Positions 9,437-18,717 of a stretch of DNA of 64,000 bases are shown here, one piece after another. A program made the translations under genes and the position numbers. Under the pieces are notes generated by a model. The model had not been told where the DNA came from. It did no database searches and worked only from the letters and a program-made list of their open reading frames with translations. The stretch comes from an uncultured Thermodesulfatator sp. Lineage in GTDB: Bacteria; Desulfobacterota; Thermodesulfobacteria; Thermodesulfobacteriales; Thermodesulfobacteriaceae. Positions within the stretch are counted from its first letter, which is position 1; each line of letters starts with the position of its first letter. The stretch lies in assembly GCA_964410095.1 (NCBI GenBank), contig CAYPFL010000007.1, forward strand, positions 10,952 to 74,951, in the 5' to 3' direction.

Positions 9437-10105
9437 ATGAGTAAAGAATGGATATTAAACATAGCTACAAATAGATGGGGATTGAATAAGAAAAACAGCG
9501 TAGGTCCAGTATCACAATGGATTCGTGAATGTACTCCCAAAACAATTAAAGATTGGGAAGAGTTCTATTACAAAAAACTTGCAGAATTTTTAAAATCTAA
9601 AGGTATTAAACTGCCACCAGAGGAATATATAAAAGACCTTGGAAGGAAACTCTATATAAAAATTACAGAAGTTATTCAAGCAGAAATAGAAGAAGTGACT
9701 GAGGAAGATTGTATCCAGTATATCTATAATCTTGTAATTAACCGAACTTATGATGGATATTTAACCGAAATAAAAACAATATATGGAAAATTACAGCACG
9801 ATTTAGGAGTAGAAATAAAACCTGCACCGGACGAATGGGATAGATTATACAATGTTGATTTTTATATCCAAATTGACGATAAATATATTGGGTTACAAAT
9901 AAAACCTATTACCTATGAACAGACACCAGAAATTTATAGATGGAAAGAATGGCTTGAAAGAACTCACAAGAAATTTGAGAAAGATCATGGTGGGAAAGTA
10001 TTCATTGTATTTTCAATTAAAAAAGATAACAGAAAAGAAATTTATAATATAGAAGTTATAGAACAAATAAAAGAGGAAATTAAAAGGCTGAAAGGAGAAA
10101 ATTGA
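9437..10105 (+). CDS. MjaI-family type II restriction endonuclease
   Basis: VGPVSQWIREC...WEEFYY N-terminus, NRTYDGY, NVDFYIQ...GLQIKP (PD-D/QxK); starts 2 nt after the MTase stop. Confidence 0.8.
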   Translation: MSKEWILNIATNRWGLNKKNSVGPVSQWIRECTPKTIKDWEEFYYKKLAEFLKSKGIKLPPEEYIKDLGRKLYIKITEVIQAEIEEVTEEDCIQYIYNLVINRTYDGYLTEIKTIYGKLQHDLGVEIKPAPDEWDRLYNVDFYIQIDDKYIGLQIKPITYEQTPEIYRWKEWLERTHKKFEKDHGGKVFIVFSIKKDNRKEIYNIEVIEQIKEEIKRLKGEN

Positions 10106-10166
10106 AACAGAGGGAAGTTTTAAAGCGATTTTTTATTTGATAATGCCCATTTCTGTGTTTACATAC

Positions 10167-10253
10167 TCGATAGCAAATAAATATGCGGGCTTTTATGTTT
10201 GTCTCAAAATTTGCTTTTATGGGGAAACTTCACATATTCTCGGAATGTTAGGT
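10167..10253 (+). mobile_element. attC-like site 2
   Basis: Left arm AATATGCG(10180-87) is complementary to CACATATT(10231-38) with one mismatch. Ends CGGAAT-GTTAGGT (GTTRRRY at 10247-53); SD and ATG of the next gene follow within 30 nt. Confidence 0.65.
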
Positions 10254-10281
10254 GATATTATACGCTATAGGGAGACAAAGG

Positions 10282-11562
10282 ATGGAAATTGACCCAAGAA
10301 AAAATGGTATTCATTCATTAGCAGAAGCTCTTCAAGCTTTTAAAAAGTTTCACGAAAATCCAAATGATGTTTTTGCTCTAAAAGACGCGATCTTACGAAC
10401 GCATCACGCTTTAGAAACTCTGTTTAAACATATTTTATATCAAATAAATCCTGTATTGTTAGTTAGTGAAAAAATCAAAGTTAAAGAAGTCATAGAAGGA
10501 TACAATAAATGGTTTAGGAGAGAAATAGCAACACCTTTGGATGAGTTATGGACTGTACCTCTTGAAGATACTATTAAACGTCTTCAAGAGCTTAAATTGC
10601 TAAGGGGGTTAGATGAAAGTGAGCGTGAAATTTTTCTCAAAGCTATAAGTGAATTAACGCAATATAGAAATAGTCTTCAACATTTAGGATTAAAAACCGA
10701 TCCTAATAGAATAGGGAGAATTTTGGGAATTATAATACCCAGAGCAATAGAAGTATTAGAGGAAACAGATTCTTATTTATTAAAAATAATTGGTTTGCCA
10801 TCTATATTTGCGTTCCAATCTATAAGTATAATGGATGACTTATGTAAAATTCTACCAGAAGCCCCAAATATAATTGACCTTCTTAGATATAATTACGATA
10901 ATCTAATTAGAGAAGCTATTCAGTTTTTCAAGACGCGTACATTCAATGATCAAATTTTAAAACTGAAGATAATAGATCATGGTAAAGTAGGAGCTCCGCC
11001 ATATATGCCTAACTTAATGGTAGAGGGGTTTCTTGATCTTAATTTTGATGTACATGATCTTATAGGATTAAGACTTGAAGGTGAAGATTCCTATAAGGCT
11101 GAAGTACATATAAGTCGACCCCTTTTTAAAGAAGATAAAAGATTTCCAAATCATGGGATTGCAGAGGGATCGCTAGAGTTTAAAGCATATATAAAGGTTA
11201 GTAAAGCTAAAGGATTTCTAATCTTACCCAACGCTGAAGAAAAGATAGCAGTATTGAGGGATTTGACCGTTATAATTAAAGCTAAACTTGATTATAAGGC
11301 CGAAGCTTTAATGACAGATTGGCATTACGATTGTATTAGAATTCTTCAAGCAAAAGGGGAATTAAATGTTAATCTCACTTTAGTTCCGAAAGGCTATAAA
11401 AGTAAAAAAATTGAATTAATTGGACGGTATCAATCAAACTTAACCGAAGAAAATGCACCTTTTAGACTTCATGTGTTCTTTGAACCCGATGGCTCTTTAA
11501 AGGATGGGCCAATACATTTAGAATGGATTATGAATACCAAAGGAGATGTTGAATTCATGTAA
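10282..11562 (+). CDS. HEPN-domain protein with an unrecognised beta-rich C-terminal domain
   Basis: N-terminal helical NGIHSL...AILRTHHALETLFKHIL pattern and RX4H motif (RNSLQH). ATG at 10282 follows GGGAGA. Confidence 0.7.
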   Translation: MEIDPRKNGIHSLAEALQAFKKFHENPNDVFALKDAILRTHHALETLFKHILYQINPVLLVSEKIKVKEVIEGYNKWFRREIATPLDELWTVPLEDTIKRLQELKLLRGLDESEREIFLKAISELTQYRNSLQHLGLKTDPNRIGRILGIIIPRAIEVLEETDSYLLKIIGLPSIFAFQSISIMDDLCKILPEAPNIIDLLRYNYDNLIREAIQFFKTRTFNDQILKLKIIDHGKVGAPPYMPNLMVEGFLDLNFDVHDLIGLRLEGEDSYKAEVHISRPLFKEDKRFPNHGIAEGSLEFKAYIKVSKAKGFLILPNAEEKIAVLRDLTVIIKAKLDYKAEALMTDWHYDCIRILQAKGELNVNLTLVPKGYKSKKIELIGRYQSNLTEENAPFRLHVFFEPDGSLKDGPIHLEWIMNTKGDVEFM

Positions 11563-11576
11563 AGGTCTATGTAATG

Positions 11577-11638
11577 TTGTTAATATAGATAATATACCTG
11601 ACTTCGTATGTCCGCATATTATTTTCCGAAATTGACGC
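11577..11638 (+). mobile_element. degenerate attC-like site 3
   Basis: 14 nt after the HEPN stop. AGATAATATAC(11587-97) pairs with GCATATTATTT(11614-24), contains CGCATATT as in site 2, and is followed by CCGAAAT. The terminal GTT is lost. Confidence 0.45.
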
Positions 11639-11707
11639 GTTGCTTCAAAAGGAATAGTTTGTAATAATTAAAAAATCAGAGAAAAAAATAAAACTTAATA
11701 AAAAACT

Positions 11708-11936
11708 ATGAAAATAAAAGGTATTGATAAATTTCAAGAAAAAGTCTCGATATTATCCGGTAAGAAGATATTTTTGTTACCTTTGTATGTTATTTTTTAT
11801 TCTTTCACTCTGTATCTTGATTTTAATAAGATTTTATTCACTATCTAAGGAGAAAAAAAACTTATCGAAAAATTTGAATCTTTGTATAAAGAATATAAAA
11901 AAAGTTCCTACATTTTCGTCAAACCTAATAAATTAA
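11708..11936 (+). pseudogene. remnant of an isoprenylcysteine/PEMT-family membrane methyltransferase
   Basis: The ATG-11708 frame gives a hydrophobic stretch, an in-frame TAA (11846-48), then GEKKLIEKFESLYKEYKK. A shift in an A-run gives VPTF, matching the family's EExxLxxxFGxxYxxYxxxVP C-terminus. Confidence 0.55.
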
Positions 11937-11990
11937 AGAGCTTTTTTAAATTTTCTGATAAAAGAAAAAGCTAAAAATATTTTCAATTTT

Positions 11991-13544
11991 TTATCTTTTA
12001 AAAATTTTTATTAATTTTTCAAAAAATATATAGGTCTCTCTAATGCCCGTGATTTTACAAGATAAAATATAAGCTATTCCTCCAGCAGGAATTGCTAAAA
12101 TCAAAATCAAAAATTTATTATGAATACAAATAAGAACTAATTTACATACTAAAATAAGAATTAAAGATGCAAAGAAGAGAGCAAATAGGCTTTTTATTAA
12201 AAATAAAAAATCAGGAGTTTTTAAAAAATAAAATGCTATACTTAATAAAAAAATAGCCTGAGCTCCTAAGGAAAGACTTGTTCCAAGTGCAACAGCATTT
12301 ATTCCTAATTTTTTTATTGTTAAAAGAATAATTGTTACATTTGTTATTACAGCAACTACACTTCCTAAAGCAGGAATAATGGTTTTTCCAAGCGAATAAA
12401 ATAAAGGAACTGAGGTTTTAGAAAGCCCATAAAATGGAAGTCCTATAGCTAAAATTTGTAAAAGCAAAGCAGTATGTATTGTATCAAAAGGAGAAAATTT
12501 TCCTCTTTCAAAAAGAACACTTATTATAGGTTTAGAAAGCATATATAATCCAATAGCAGAAGGAATGGATACACTTAAAGAAACAATAAGTGCTCTTAAA
12601 TAAGTATCTTTTGCTAAATCCAAATCTTTTCTTGCAATTTGCCGAGAAAGTTCTGGTAAGAGTGCTTGGGAAAGACCTACACCAAAAAGACCCAAAGGAA
12701 CATACATAATTCTAAAAGCATAAGAATACCAAGAAACTGCTCCTTCCCCGCATGATGTTGCAAAAAAAGTATTTATAAAAATATTTATTTGAACTACCGA
12801 AAGCCCAAATACAATAGGAAATATTAGCCTTAATACTTCTTTAAAATTAGGATCTTTAAAATTGGGACAAAAAGAAAATCTAAATCCTTTTTTTCTTGCT
12901 AAAGGATATTGAAAAAAGAATTGAGAAAATCCTCCTAAACTAACTCCTACTGCCATCGCATAAATAGGACGAATATTTATTTTAATTAATAAAAAGTATC
13001 CAATTACTCCGATTAAAACGGAGACGAGGTTAAAAAATGCAGAAGATACAGCCGGAATAAAGAAAATTTTTAAAGAATTTAACATACCTGCTATAACTGC
13101 TGAAAGACTTATAAAAAGAAGAAAAGGCATCATAATTTGTGTAAGATGAACAGTTAATTGAAATTTATCAGGATCTTTACTAAAATCTGGAGCAATAAGA
13201 GAAACTATATATGGAGCAAATATAATTCCTAAGGATACAATAATACTGAGAATTATCAAAAAATTGGAAATTAAAATTTGAGAAATTTTAAAACTATACG
13301 AAAGTCCTTTTTTTTCTAAATTAGCACTAAAAACTTTTACAAATGCAGAACCCAGAGCTCCCTCGGCAAAAAGATCCCTTAAAAGATTAGGGATACGATA
13401 TCCTACTACAAAGGCATCCATACTTTTTCCAGCACCAAAAAAATATGCTAAAACTTGCTCCCTTATAAGACCAAGGATACGGCTTATGAAAACCGCTATA
13501 GTAACTGAGCCAGCGAATTTAGTAACACTTTCTATTTTTTTCAA
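11991..13544 (-). CDS. murJ: lipid II flippase MurJ (MviN)
   Basis: SRILGLIRE, RIPNLLRDLFAEGAL, multi-TM. Confidence 0.95.
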   Translation of the reverse strand: MKKIESVTKFAGSVTIAVFISRILGLIREQVLAYFFGAGKSMDAFVVGYRIPNLLRDLFAEGALGSAFVKVFSANLEKKGLSYSFKISQILISNFLIILSIIVSLGIIFAPYIVSLIAPDFSKDPDKFQLTVHLTQIMMPFLLFISLSAVIAGMLNSLKIFFIPAVSSAFFNLVSVLIGVIGYFLLIKINIRPIYAMAVGVSLGGFSQFFFQYPLARKKGFRFSFCPNFKDPNFKEVLRLIFPIVFGLSVVQINIFINTFFATSCGEGAVSWYSYAFRIMYVPLGLFGVGLSQALLPELSRQIARKDLDLAKDTYLRALIVSLSVSIPSAIGLYMLSKPIISVLFERGKFSPFDTIHTALLLQILAIGLPFYGLSKTSVPLFYSLGKTIIPALGSVVAVITNVTIILLTIKKLGINAVALGTSLSLGAQAIFLLSIAFYFLKTPDFLFLIKSLFALFFASLILILVCKLVLICIHNKFLILILAIPAGGIAYILSCKITGIRETYIFFEKLIKIFKR

Positions 13545-13629
13545 TTTTTTATTTATCTCTTGGAAAAATTTTTTAGAGTTTTATTATAATACCAAAAAAA
13601 ATTTTAAATATAAATAGAGGGGAGTTAAG

Positions 13630-14832
13630 ATGCCGATCAATACCATTGAAGAGGCATTAGAAGATATTCGCCAAGGTAAAATGATTATCGTAATAGATGA
13701 TGAGGATCGCGAAAATGAAGGTGATTTAGTTTTAGCTGCTGAAAAAGTTACTCCTGAAGCTATAAACTTTATGGCTAAATATGGAAGAGGATTAATTTGT
13801 TTAGCTATAACACCTGAAGATGCAGAAAGACTTCAACTTCCTTTGCAACCAAGAAGAGGTATAGATCCTTATGGAACTGCTTTTACAGTTTCTATAGAGG
13901 CTCGTTATGGTGTAACTACGGGAATTTCAGCTTATGATAGAGCTCATACTATAAAAGTTGCTATAGATGAAAAAAGCGGACCACATGATATAGTCACACC
14001 TGGACATGTGTTCCCTATTATTGCAAGAAAAGGTGGTGTTTTAGTAAGAGCAGGACATACAGAAGCAGCTGTAGATCTTGCAAGGCTTGCTGGTCTTAAA
14101 CCTGCTGGTGTTATCTGCGAAATTATGAAAGATGATGGAACAATGGCAAGACTTCCTGATTTAGAAAAATTTGCAGAGGAGCATAATTTAAAAATCATTA
14201 CTATTAAAGATCTTATTGCTTATAGAATTAAAAAAGAAACATTGGTTAAAAGAGAAGTAGAAACTACCTTACCTACTATTTATGGAACTTTTAAACTTAT
14301 GGCATATAGCAATTTTGTAGATAAAGCTACTCATATAGCTTTAGTAATGGGAGAAATTGGGGATGAACCAGTATTGGTAAGAGTTCATTCGGAATGTCTT
14401 ACAGGAGATGTATTTGGTTCATTGAGGTGCGATTGCGGACCCCAATTAAGAAAAGCATTAGAAATGATTGGTAAAGAAGGAAAAGGCGTTCTTCTTTATC
14501 TTAGGCAAGAAGGTAGAGGGATCGGGCTTTTAAATAAATTAAAGGCTTATGTTCTTCAAGATCAAGGTTTAGATACTGTAGAAGCAAACATAGCATTAGG
14601 ATTTAAACCTGATCTTAGAGATTATGGAATTGGGGCACAGATACTCAGGGATATAGGAGTAAGAAAAATGAGACTTATGACCAATAATCCAAGAAAAATT
14701 ATAGGACTTGAAGGATACGGATTAAAAGTTGTGGAAAGAGTGCCTATAGAAATACCTCCTGTAAAAGAAAATTATAAATATTTAAAAACAAAAAAAGAAA
14801 AATTAGGTCATTTTATTTTCTGTCTCAAATAG
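13630..14832 (+). CDS. ribBA: bifunctional DHBP synthase / GTP cyclohydrolase II
   Basis: [39 protein letters not shown]. Confidence 0.97.
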   Translation: MPINTIEEALEDIRQGKMIIVIDDEDRENEGDLVLAAEKVTPEAINFMAKYGRGLICLAITPEDAERLQLPLQPRRGIDPYGTAFTVSIEARYGVTTGISAYDRAHTIKVAIDEKSGPHDIVTPGHVFPIIARKGGVLVRAGHTEAAVDLARLAGLKPAGVICEIMKDDGTMARLPDLEKFAEEHNLKIITIKDLIAYRIKKETLVKREVETTLPTIYGTFKLMAYSNFVDKATHIALVMGEIGDEPVLVRVHSECLTGDVFGSLRCDCGPQLRKALEMIGKEGKGVLLYLRQEGRGIGLLNKLKAYVLQDQGLDTVEANIALGFKPDLRDYGIGAQILRDIGVRKMRLMTNNPRKIIGLEGYGLKVVERVPIEIPPVKENYKYLKTKKEKLGHFIFCLK

Positions 14833-14864
14833 CTTTTTTTTCAAAATAAAACCTAAGATTTTAA

Positions 14865-16163
14865 ATGGAAGAAATTGTAACTGTAGAAAAAATAATTTTT
14901 GGTGGAGAAGGACTTGGAAGACTTTCCAATGGAAAAGTTGTTTTTATTCCATTTACAGCTCCTCAAGAAAAAGTAAAAATAAAAATTATCCAAGATTTTA
15001 AAGATTATGCAGAAGCAAGAATTATCGAGATTATAGAAACTTCTCCTTATAGGAGACCTCCTCTTTGTAAGTATTATACCATTTGTGGAGGGTGTCAGTT
15101 ACAACATCTTACTTACAAATATCAATTAAAAGTAAAAGAGCAAATACTTAAAGATACTTTTAAAAGATTGGGTTGGAAAGAAGAAATTCCTTTAGAAGAC
15201 ATTGTTCCATCTTCTAAAGAATTTTATTATCGAAATCGCTTAAGACTTCATGTGGAAAATAACCAATTAAAATTAGGATTTGTTAAAAGAAAAACTCATG
15301 AGGTATTGAAAATTGAAAAATGTCTTTTAGGGGAACTTATATTAAATGAAGTATTAAAAAAACTTTACGAAAACCCAGCTTGGCTTAAAATTTCTTTTTA
15401 TTCTAAAAGAATTAAAATTGAATCTTCTCCTGTAGAAAATAAAGCTACTTTAATATTTTGGACACTTCTTGAACCTTTAGAAGAGGATATAGAAAAACTT
15501 CTTGAGATTGTAGAATTAAAAAGTGTTTTTTATTGGATAAAAGGTAGAAGACCGCAAGGTCCTTTTCCAAAAAATGCTTCTTATAATGGAAGAAGAGTAT
15601 TTTTTATAAAACCAAATCTTACTTATTATGTTCAACCAGGAGTTTTTGTGCAAACTAATTGGGACATTAATCAAAAAATAATAGATACAATAAAATCTTG
15701 GAATTTATCTTATGAAAGGGTTTTAGATTTACATTCAGGTATAGGAAATTTTATTTTTCCACTTTTAGAAAATAAAAACGCAGTAAAATTTTTGGGAGTT
15801 GATACAGATTTAAGGGCAATTGAAGATGGAATTTATATAGCAGAAAAAAACGGTATAAATGGAAGGGTAGATTTAAGGAATATGAGTGCTATGGAAGCTT
15901 TATACGAGGCTATCAAATTTGGTGAAACTTATGATTTAGTATTATTAGATCCTCCGAGAGGGGGTTGTAAAGAACTTTTAAGACTTTTACCTCAAGTAGC
16001 AGAAAAGTATATAATATATATTTCTTGTGACGCTCCTACTTTAGTAAGAGATCTACTTGCTTTAAAAAATGCAGGTTATCAACTTCTCAAAGTTATTCTT
16101 TTTGATATGTTCCCGCAGACTTATCATTTTGAGATTGTTGCTCTTCTGGAAAAGAAAGCTTAA
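14865..16163 (+). CDS. rlmD: RlmD/TrmA-family m5U RNA methyltransferase with TRAM domain
   Basis: GGEGLG TRAM domain, CxxxxxCGGC Fe-S motif, LDPPR, YISC, DMFPQT. Confidence 0.85.
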   Translation: MEEIVTVEKIIFGGEGLGRLSNGKVVFIPFTAPQEKVKIKIIQDFKDYAEARIIEIIETSPYRRPPLCKYYTICGGCQLQHLTYKYQLKVKEQILKDTFKRLGWKEEIPLEDIVPSSKEFYYRNRLRLHVENNQLKLGFVKRKTHEVLKIEKCLLGELILNEVLKKLYENPAWLKISFYSKRIKIESSPVENKATLIFWTLLEPLEEDIEKLLEIVELKSVFYWIKGRRPQGPFPKNASYNGRRVFFIKPNLTYYVQPGVFVQTNWDINQKIIDTIKSWNLSYERVLDLHSGIGNFIFPLLENKNAVKFLGVDTDLRAIEDGIYIAEKNGINGRVDLRNMSAMEALYEAIKFGETYDLVLLDPPRGGCKELLRLLPQVAEKYIIYISCDAPTLVRDLLALKNAGYQLLKVILFDMFPQTYHFEIVALLEKKA

Positions 16164-16908
16164 GTTGTTTATTTAGTCTCCAAAGAAGCTGCCTGCAAAA
16201 TCCTTGAATAATTTTTACTTCTCTTGAGGTTAATTCTAAGCGAGAAAGAAATCTTCTAATATTAGTCATCCACAAAGTCTTATTTTCATGAGGGATATAA
16301 TCTATTTCTTTTAAAGTCGCTTCAATAAGAGCATACATAATAGAAAGTTCCTGTTGAGTAGCTAATTCAGGTTTTGGAATTTTTGGCTCAGAAGCAGATT
16401 GAAAAATTTCGTATAATACAATTATCACTGCTTGGGCAACATTTAGAGATGCTTTTTCAGTAGTAGGAATAGTAAGCACTCTATCACAATGAAATAATTC
16501 TTCATTAGATAATCCAAATCTTTCATTCCCAAAAAGAATTGCTATTTTATTATTTATAGAAAGTTCACAAATATAAGGAGCTAATTCTTTGACAGTATGA
16601 TATACTAATCTTCTTTTTCCAAGTCTTCCTGTGGTACCAATGACATAATTAAAATCTTTTAAAGCTGATGAAAGATCAGGAAAAATTTTCATATTTTCTA
16701 AAACCGAAGCCCCGGTTTTTGTAGCCATGGCTTTCATTTTTAATTCATCCAACTCCGCAGGATTAACTACTATAAGGTTAGGAACACCGAAATTTGCACA
16801 AGCTCTTGCAGCAGAGCCTATATTTTCGCTATAGAGAGGATTTACTAATATAACAGCAATATTTTCTAATTTTGCTTTAACAGGTTGAGCAACAGGACGA
16901 ACTTGCAT
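16093..16908 (-). CDS. trmJ: TrmJ/TrmH-family SPOUT RNA methyltransferase
   Basis: ENIGSAARA, FGNERFGL, SLNVAQAV. Confidence 0.88.
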   Translation of the reverse strand: MQVRPVAQPVKAKLENIAVILVNPLYSENIGSAARACANFGVPNLIVVNPAELDELKMKAMATKTGASVLENMKIFPDLSSALKDFNYVIGTTGRLGKRRLVYHTVKELAPYICELSINNKIAILFGNERFGLSNEELFHCDRVLTIPTTEKASLNVAQAVIIVLYEIFQSASEPKIPKPELATQQELSIMYALIEATLKEIDYIPHENKTLWMTNIRRFLSRLELTSREVKIIQGFCRQLLWRLNKQLKLSFPEEQQSQNDKSAGTYQKE

Positions 16909-16917
16909 TAAAATAAA

Positions 16918-16946
16918 ATTTTAAGTTTCTATTTCTACCTTGTCAA
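16918..16946 (-). promoter_or_regulatory. sigma70 promoter, near-leaderless trmJ transcript
   Basis: TTGACA(16946-41)-17 nt-TAAAAT(16923-18); ATG 9 nt downstream, no SD. Confidence 0.7.
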
Positions 16947-16991
16947 TAAGAATCGTAATTATAGGAATTTTATTAGATTAATTAAGACTGG

Positions 16992-17067
<76 letters not shown>

Positions 17068-17249
17068 AACCTATTTATTAAAATTATATTATTCTTTTCT
17101 TTTGTCAAGTCCCTCAATTTTAAAATTTATCTTTCTTTAACCTCCTGATTTTATTTAAAAATCTTAATTTGGACTGTTTAAAAATTTTTTAAAAGATAAA
17201 TCGTAACAAATACCGATATTATTTTCAAAAAAATAACAAAAGTTGAAAA

Positions 17250-17939
17250 TCAATCCAATATCTTTAAAATTTCTCTTAAATCTTTAATTACATGATTTTC
17301 AGATACATTAATGTAATTATTATTGCAATTATTATTGATTTCTCTTTCATTTTGTTTTCTATTTAATAAAAATGCATTTATACCAATCTTACGAGGATTT
17401 ACATAATCAAAAATCGGATGATCACCTACATGAATAATTTCATTTGGCTTAACTTGAAGTAATTCACAAACTTTTCCATAAAATTCTTCTGATTTTTTAA
17501 CTTGTTTAAAATCAGAAGTTGCAGAAAAAATATGAGAGAAATACGGAATAATAGATTTCAGTTGAAAGAAAATGAAATCCCTTTCTGCATTGGAACAAAT
17601 TATAAGTTTATAACTGCTATTTAATTTTTTTAAAACATGTTCAACTTCTTCATAAATTTTTATTCTGTTTTTGTATTTATTAAACAATTCTTCTCTTGTG
17701 ATTCCAAGATTAAAACGCTTTAACCAGTATTCTAAATAATACCATTCTATTCTGTTTTCTCCTACTTCATCATAGGCTTTTATTACTATTTCGTAAGCTT
17801 TTTCAAAACTTATTTTATTTTTGTGGGCATATAAAGAAGGTATACCTTCAAGCCAAACACCGTTTACAAAATCTGGTGGCACAAGGGTTCCATCAACATC
17901 AAAAGAAATAACTTTTATTTTTTCTTTAATTTTTTTCAT
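17250..17939 (-). CDS. HAD-superfamily hydrolase
   Basis: FDVDGTL motif I, CSN, K, HVGD..FD motif IV. Confidence 0.9.
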   Translation of the reverse strand: MKKIKEKIKVISFDVDGTLVPPDFVNGVWLEGIPSLYAHKNKISFEKAYEIVIKAYDEVGENRIEWYYLEYWLKRFNLGITREELFNKYKNRIKIYEEVEHVLKKLNSSYKLIICSNAERDFIFFQLKSIIPYFSHIFSATSDFKQVKKSEEFYGKVCELLQVKPNEIIHVGDHPIFDYVNPRKIGINAFLLNRKQNEREINNNCNNNYINVSENHVIKDLREILKILD

Positions 17940-17999
17940 ATTTTGTATCTTATTAAACTAAAATATATTAAAATTTTTGAAAATTAAGAAAAATAAGAA

Positions 18000-18150
18000 A
18001 TTTAATTTGAAGATGTAAAATATCTTACTATAATTCCCATCAATTTCAACTCAAGTTCAATATTAAGTTTATAGAAATATTAGATTTTTTCTAATTAATT
18101 CTACAGCTACATAAAACTGAGAACTCTGTTGCGTTATTCCCTTATTTCAT
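18000..18150 (-). pseudogene. possible decayed PD-(D/E)XK-type cassette gene
   Basis: ATG at 18150 lies right after an attC-like site. The fragment SQFYVAVELIRK resembles the E-[FY]-x-V-x-x-E-L-x-R start of small nucleases. Many stops. Confidence 0.2.
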
Positions 18151-18151
18151 T

Positions 18152-18208
18152 TTTTAATACCTAAACTCGCGACAGGTTGTATAGCCTCGCTGAAGAGGTT
18201 TGTTAATT
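18152..18208 (-). mobile_element. degenerate attC-like site
   Basis: AATTAAC-aaacctc-TTCAGCG...CGCGAG-tttaggt-ATTAAAA just 3' of the DUF4145 remnant; RYYYAAC-like left end, imperfect inverted arms. Confidence 0.4.
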
Positions 18209-18717
18209 TTAATTTTCGCTCATTTCTGAAATATATTTCTTTGTTAAAAATACGTTTTTAATCCAATTTATTATAAATTTTAATCTTTACGTTTTCTTGT
18301 ATAATATGTTTTATCATCACCTAATCATGCAACTTATTTAGCACATTCTTTAATTTTTTAAATCATCTACGTATAAGTCTATGCATTTACTTAAAAAATA
18401 ATTTTCGAATTTCTTCCTTTTTATCCGGATTTCGTTTTATCGCAAAATCTTTTATCAAAAACTCCAAAGCTTTTCTTAAGCCAATTTCTACTAATTGAAA
18501 AAGATTTTCGGATTCCGCAATTAATACTTGATTATAAATTTCAACAAAAGTAGAAGATATTTAAGTAATTATCTCTGAAAAAGATTTTTTATAAGCAGTT
18601 TAGATTTAACACCCTTTAAAAGATAAACACTTCTGTGGGACATAGGACACTACCAGACATGCCTTTAATTGATACATGTACAGAGTATCATCTAAACTCA
18701 CGTGCTATTAATGTCAT
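18205..18717 (-). pseudogene. DUF4145-family (HEPN superfamily) pseudogene
   Basis: Fragments ISSTFVEIYNQVLIAESENLFQLVEIGLRKALEFLIKDFAIKRNPDKKEEI, KCIDLYVDD and IKECAK*VA*LGDDKTYYTRK in shifting frames with stops; GTTAG lies just upstream of ATG 18717. Confidence 0.7.

Noticed and set aside
11724-11936. 70-aa TTG ORF that superficially resembles FtsL (TM plus coiled coil)
   Set aside because: Better explained as frameshifted pieces of an ICMT/PEMT remnant; no mraW/ftsI context.
11939-11972. AGCTTTTT...AAAAAGCT inverted repeat as a terminator
   Set aside because: Weak A/T-rich stem with a long loop; cannot be supported.
13545-13629. FMN riboswitch upstream of ribBA
   Set aside because: The gap is only 85 bp, almost all A/T, with no RFN-element motifs.
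17083-17108. TTGACA and TATAAT upstream of tRNA-Phe
   Set aside because: The boxes are only 14 nt apart; a promoter is likely here but I cannot assign the elements reliably.
17315-17337. 11-bp duplication (AATTATTATTG twice) giving an Asn-rich patch in the HAD C-terminus
   Set aside because: Consistent with ordinary slippage in a loop; no functional signal.
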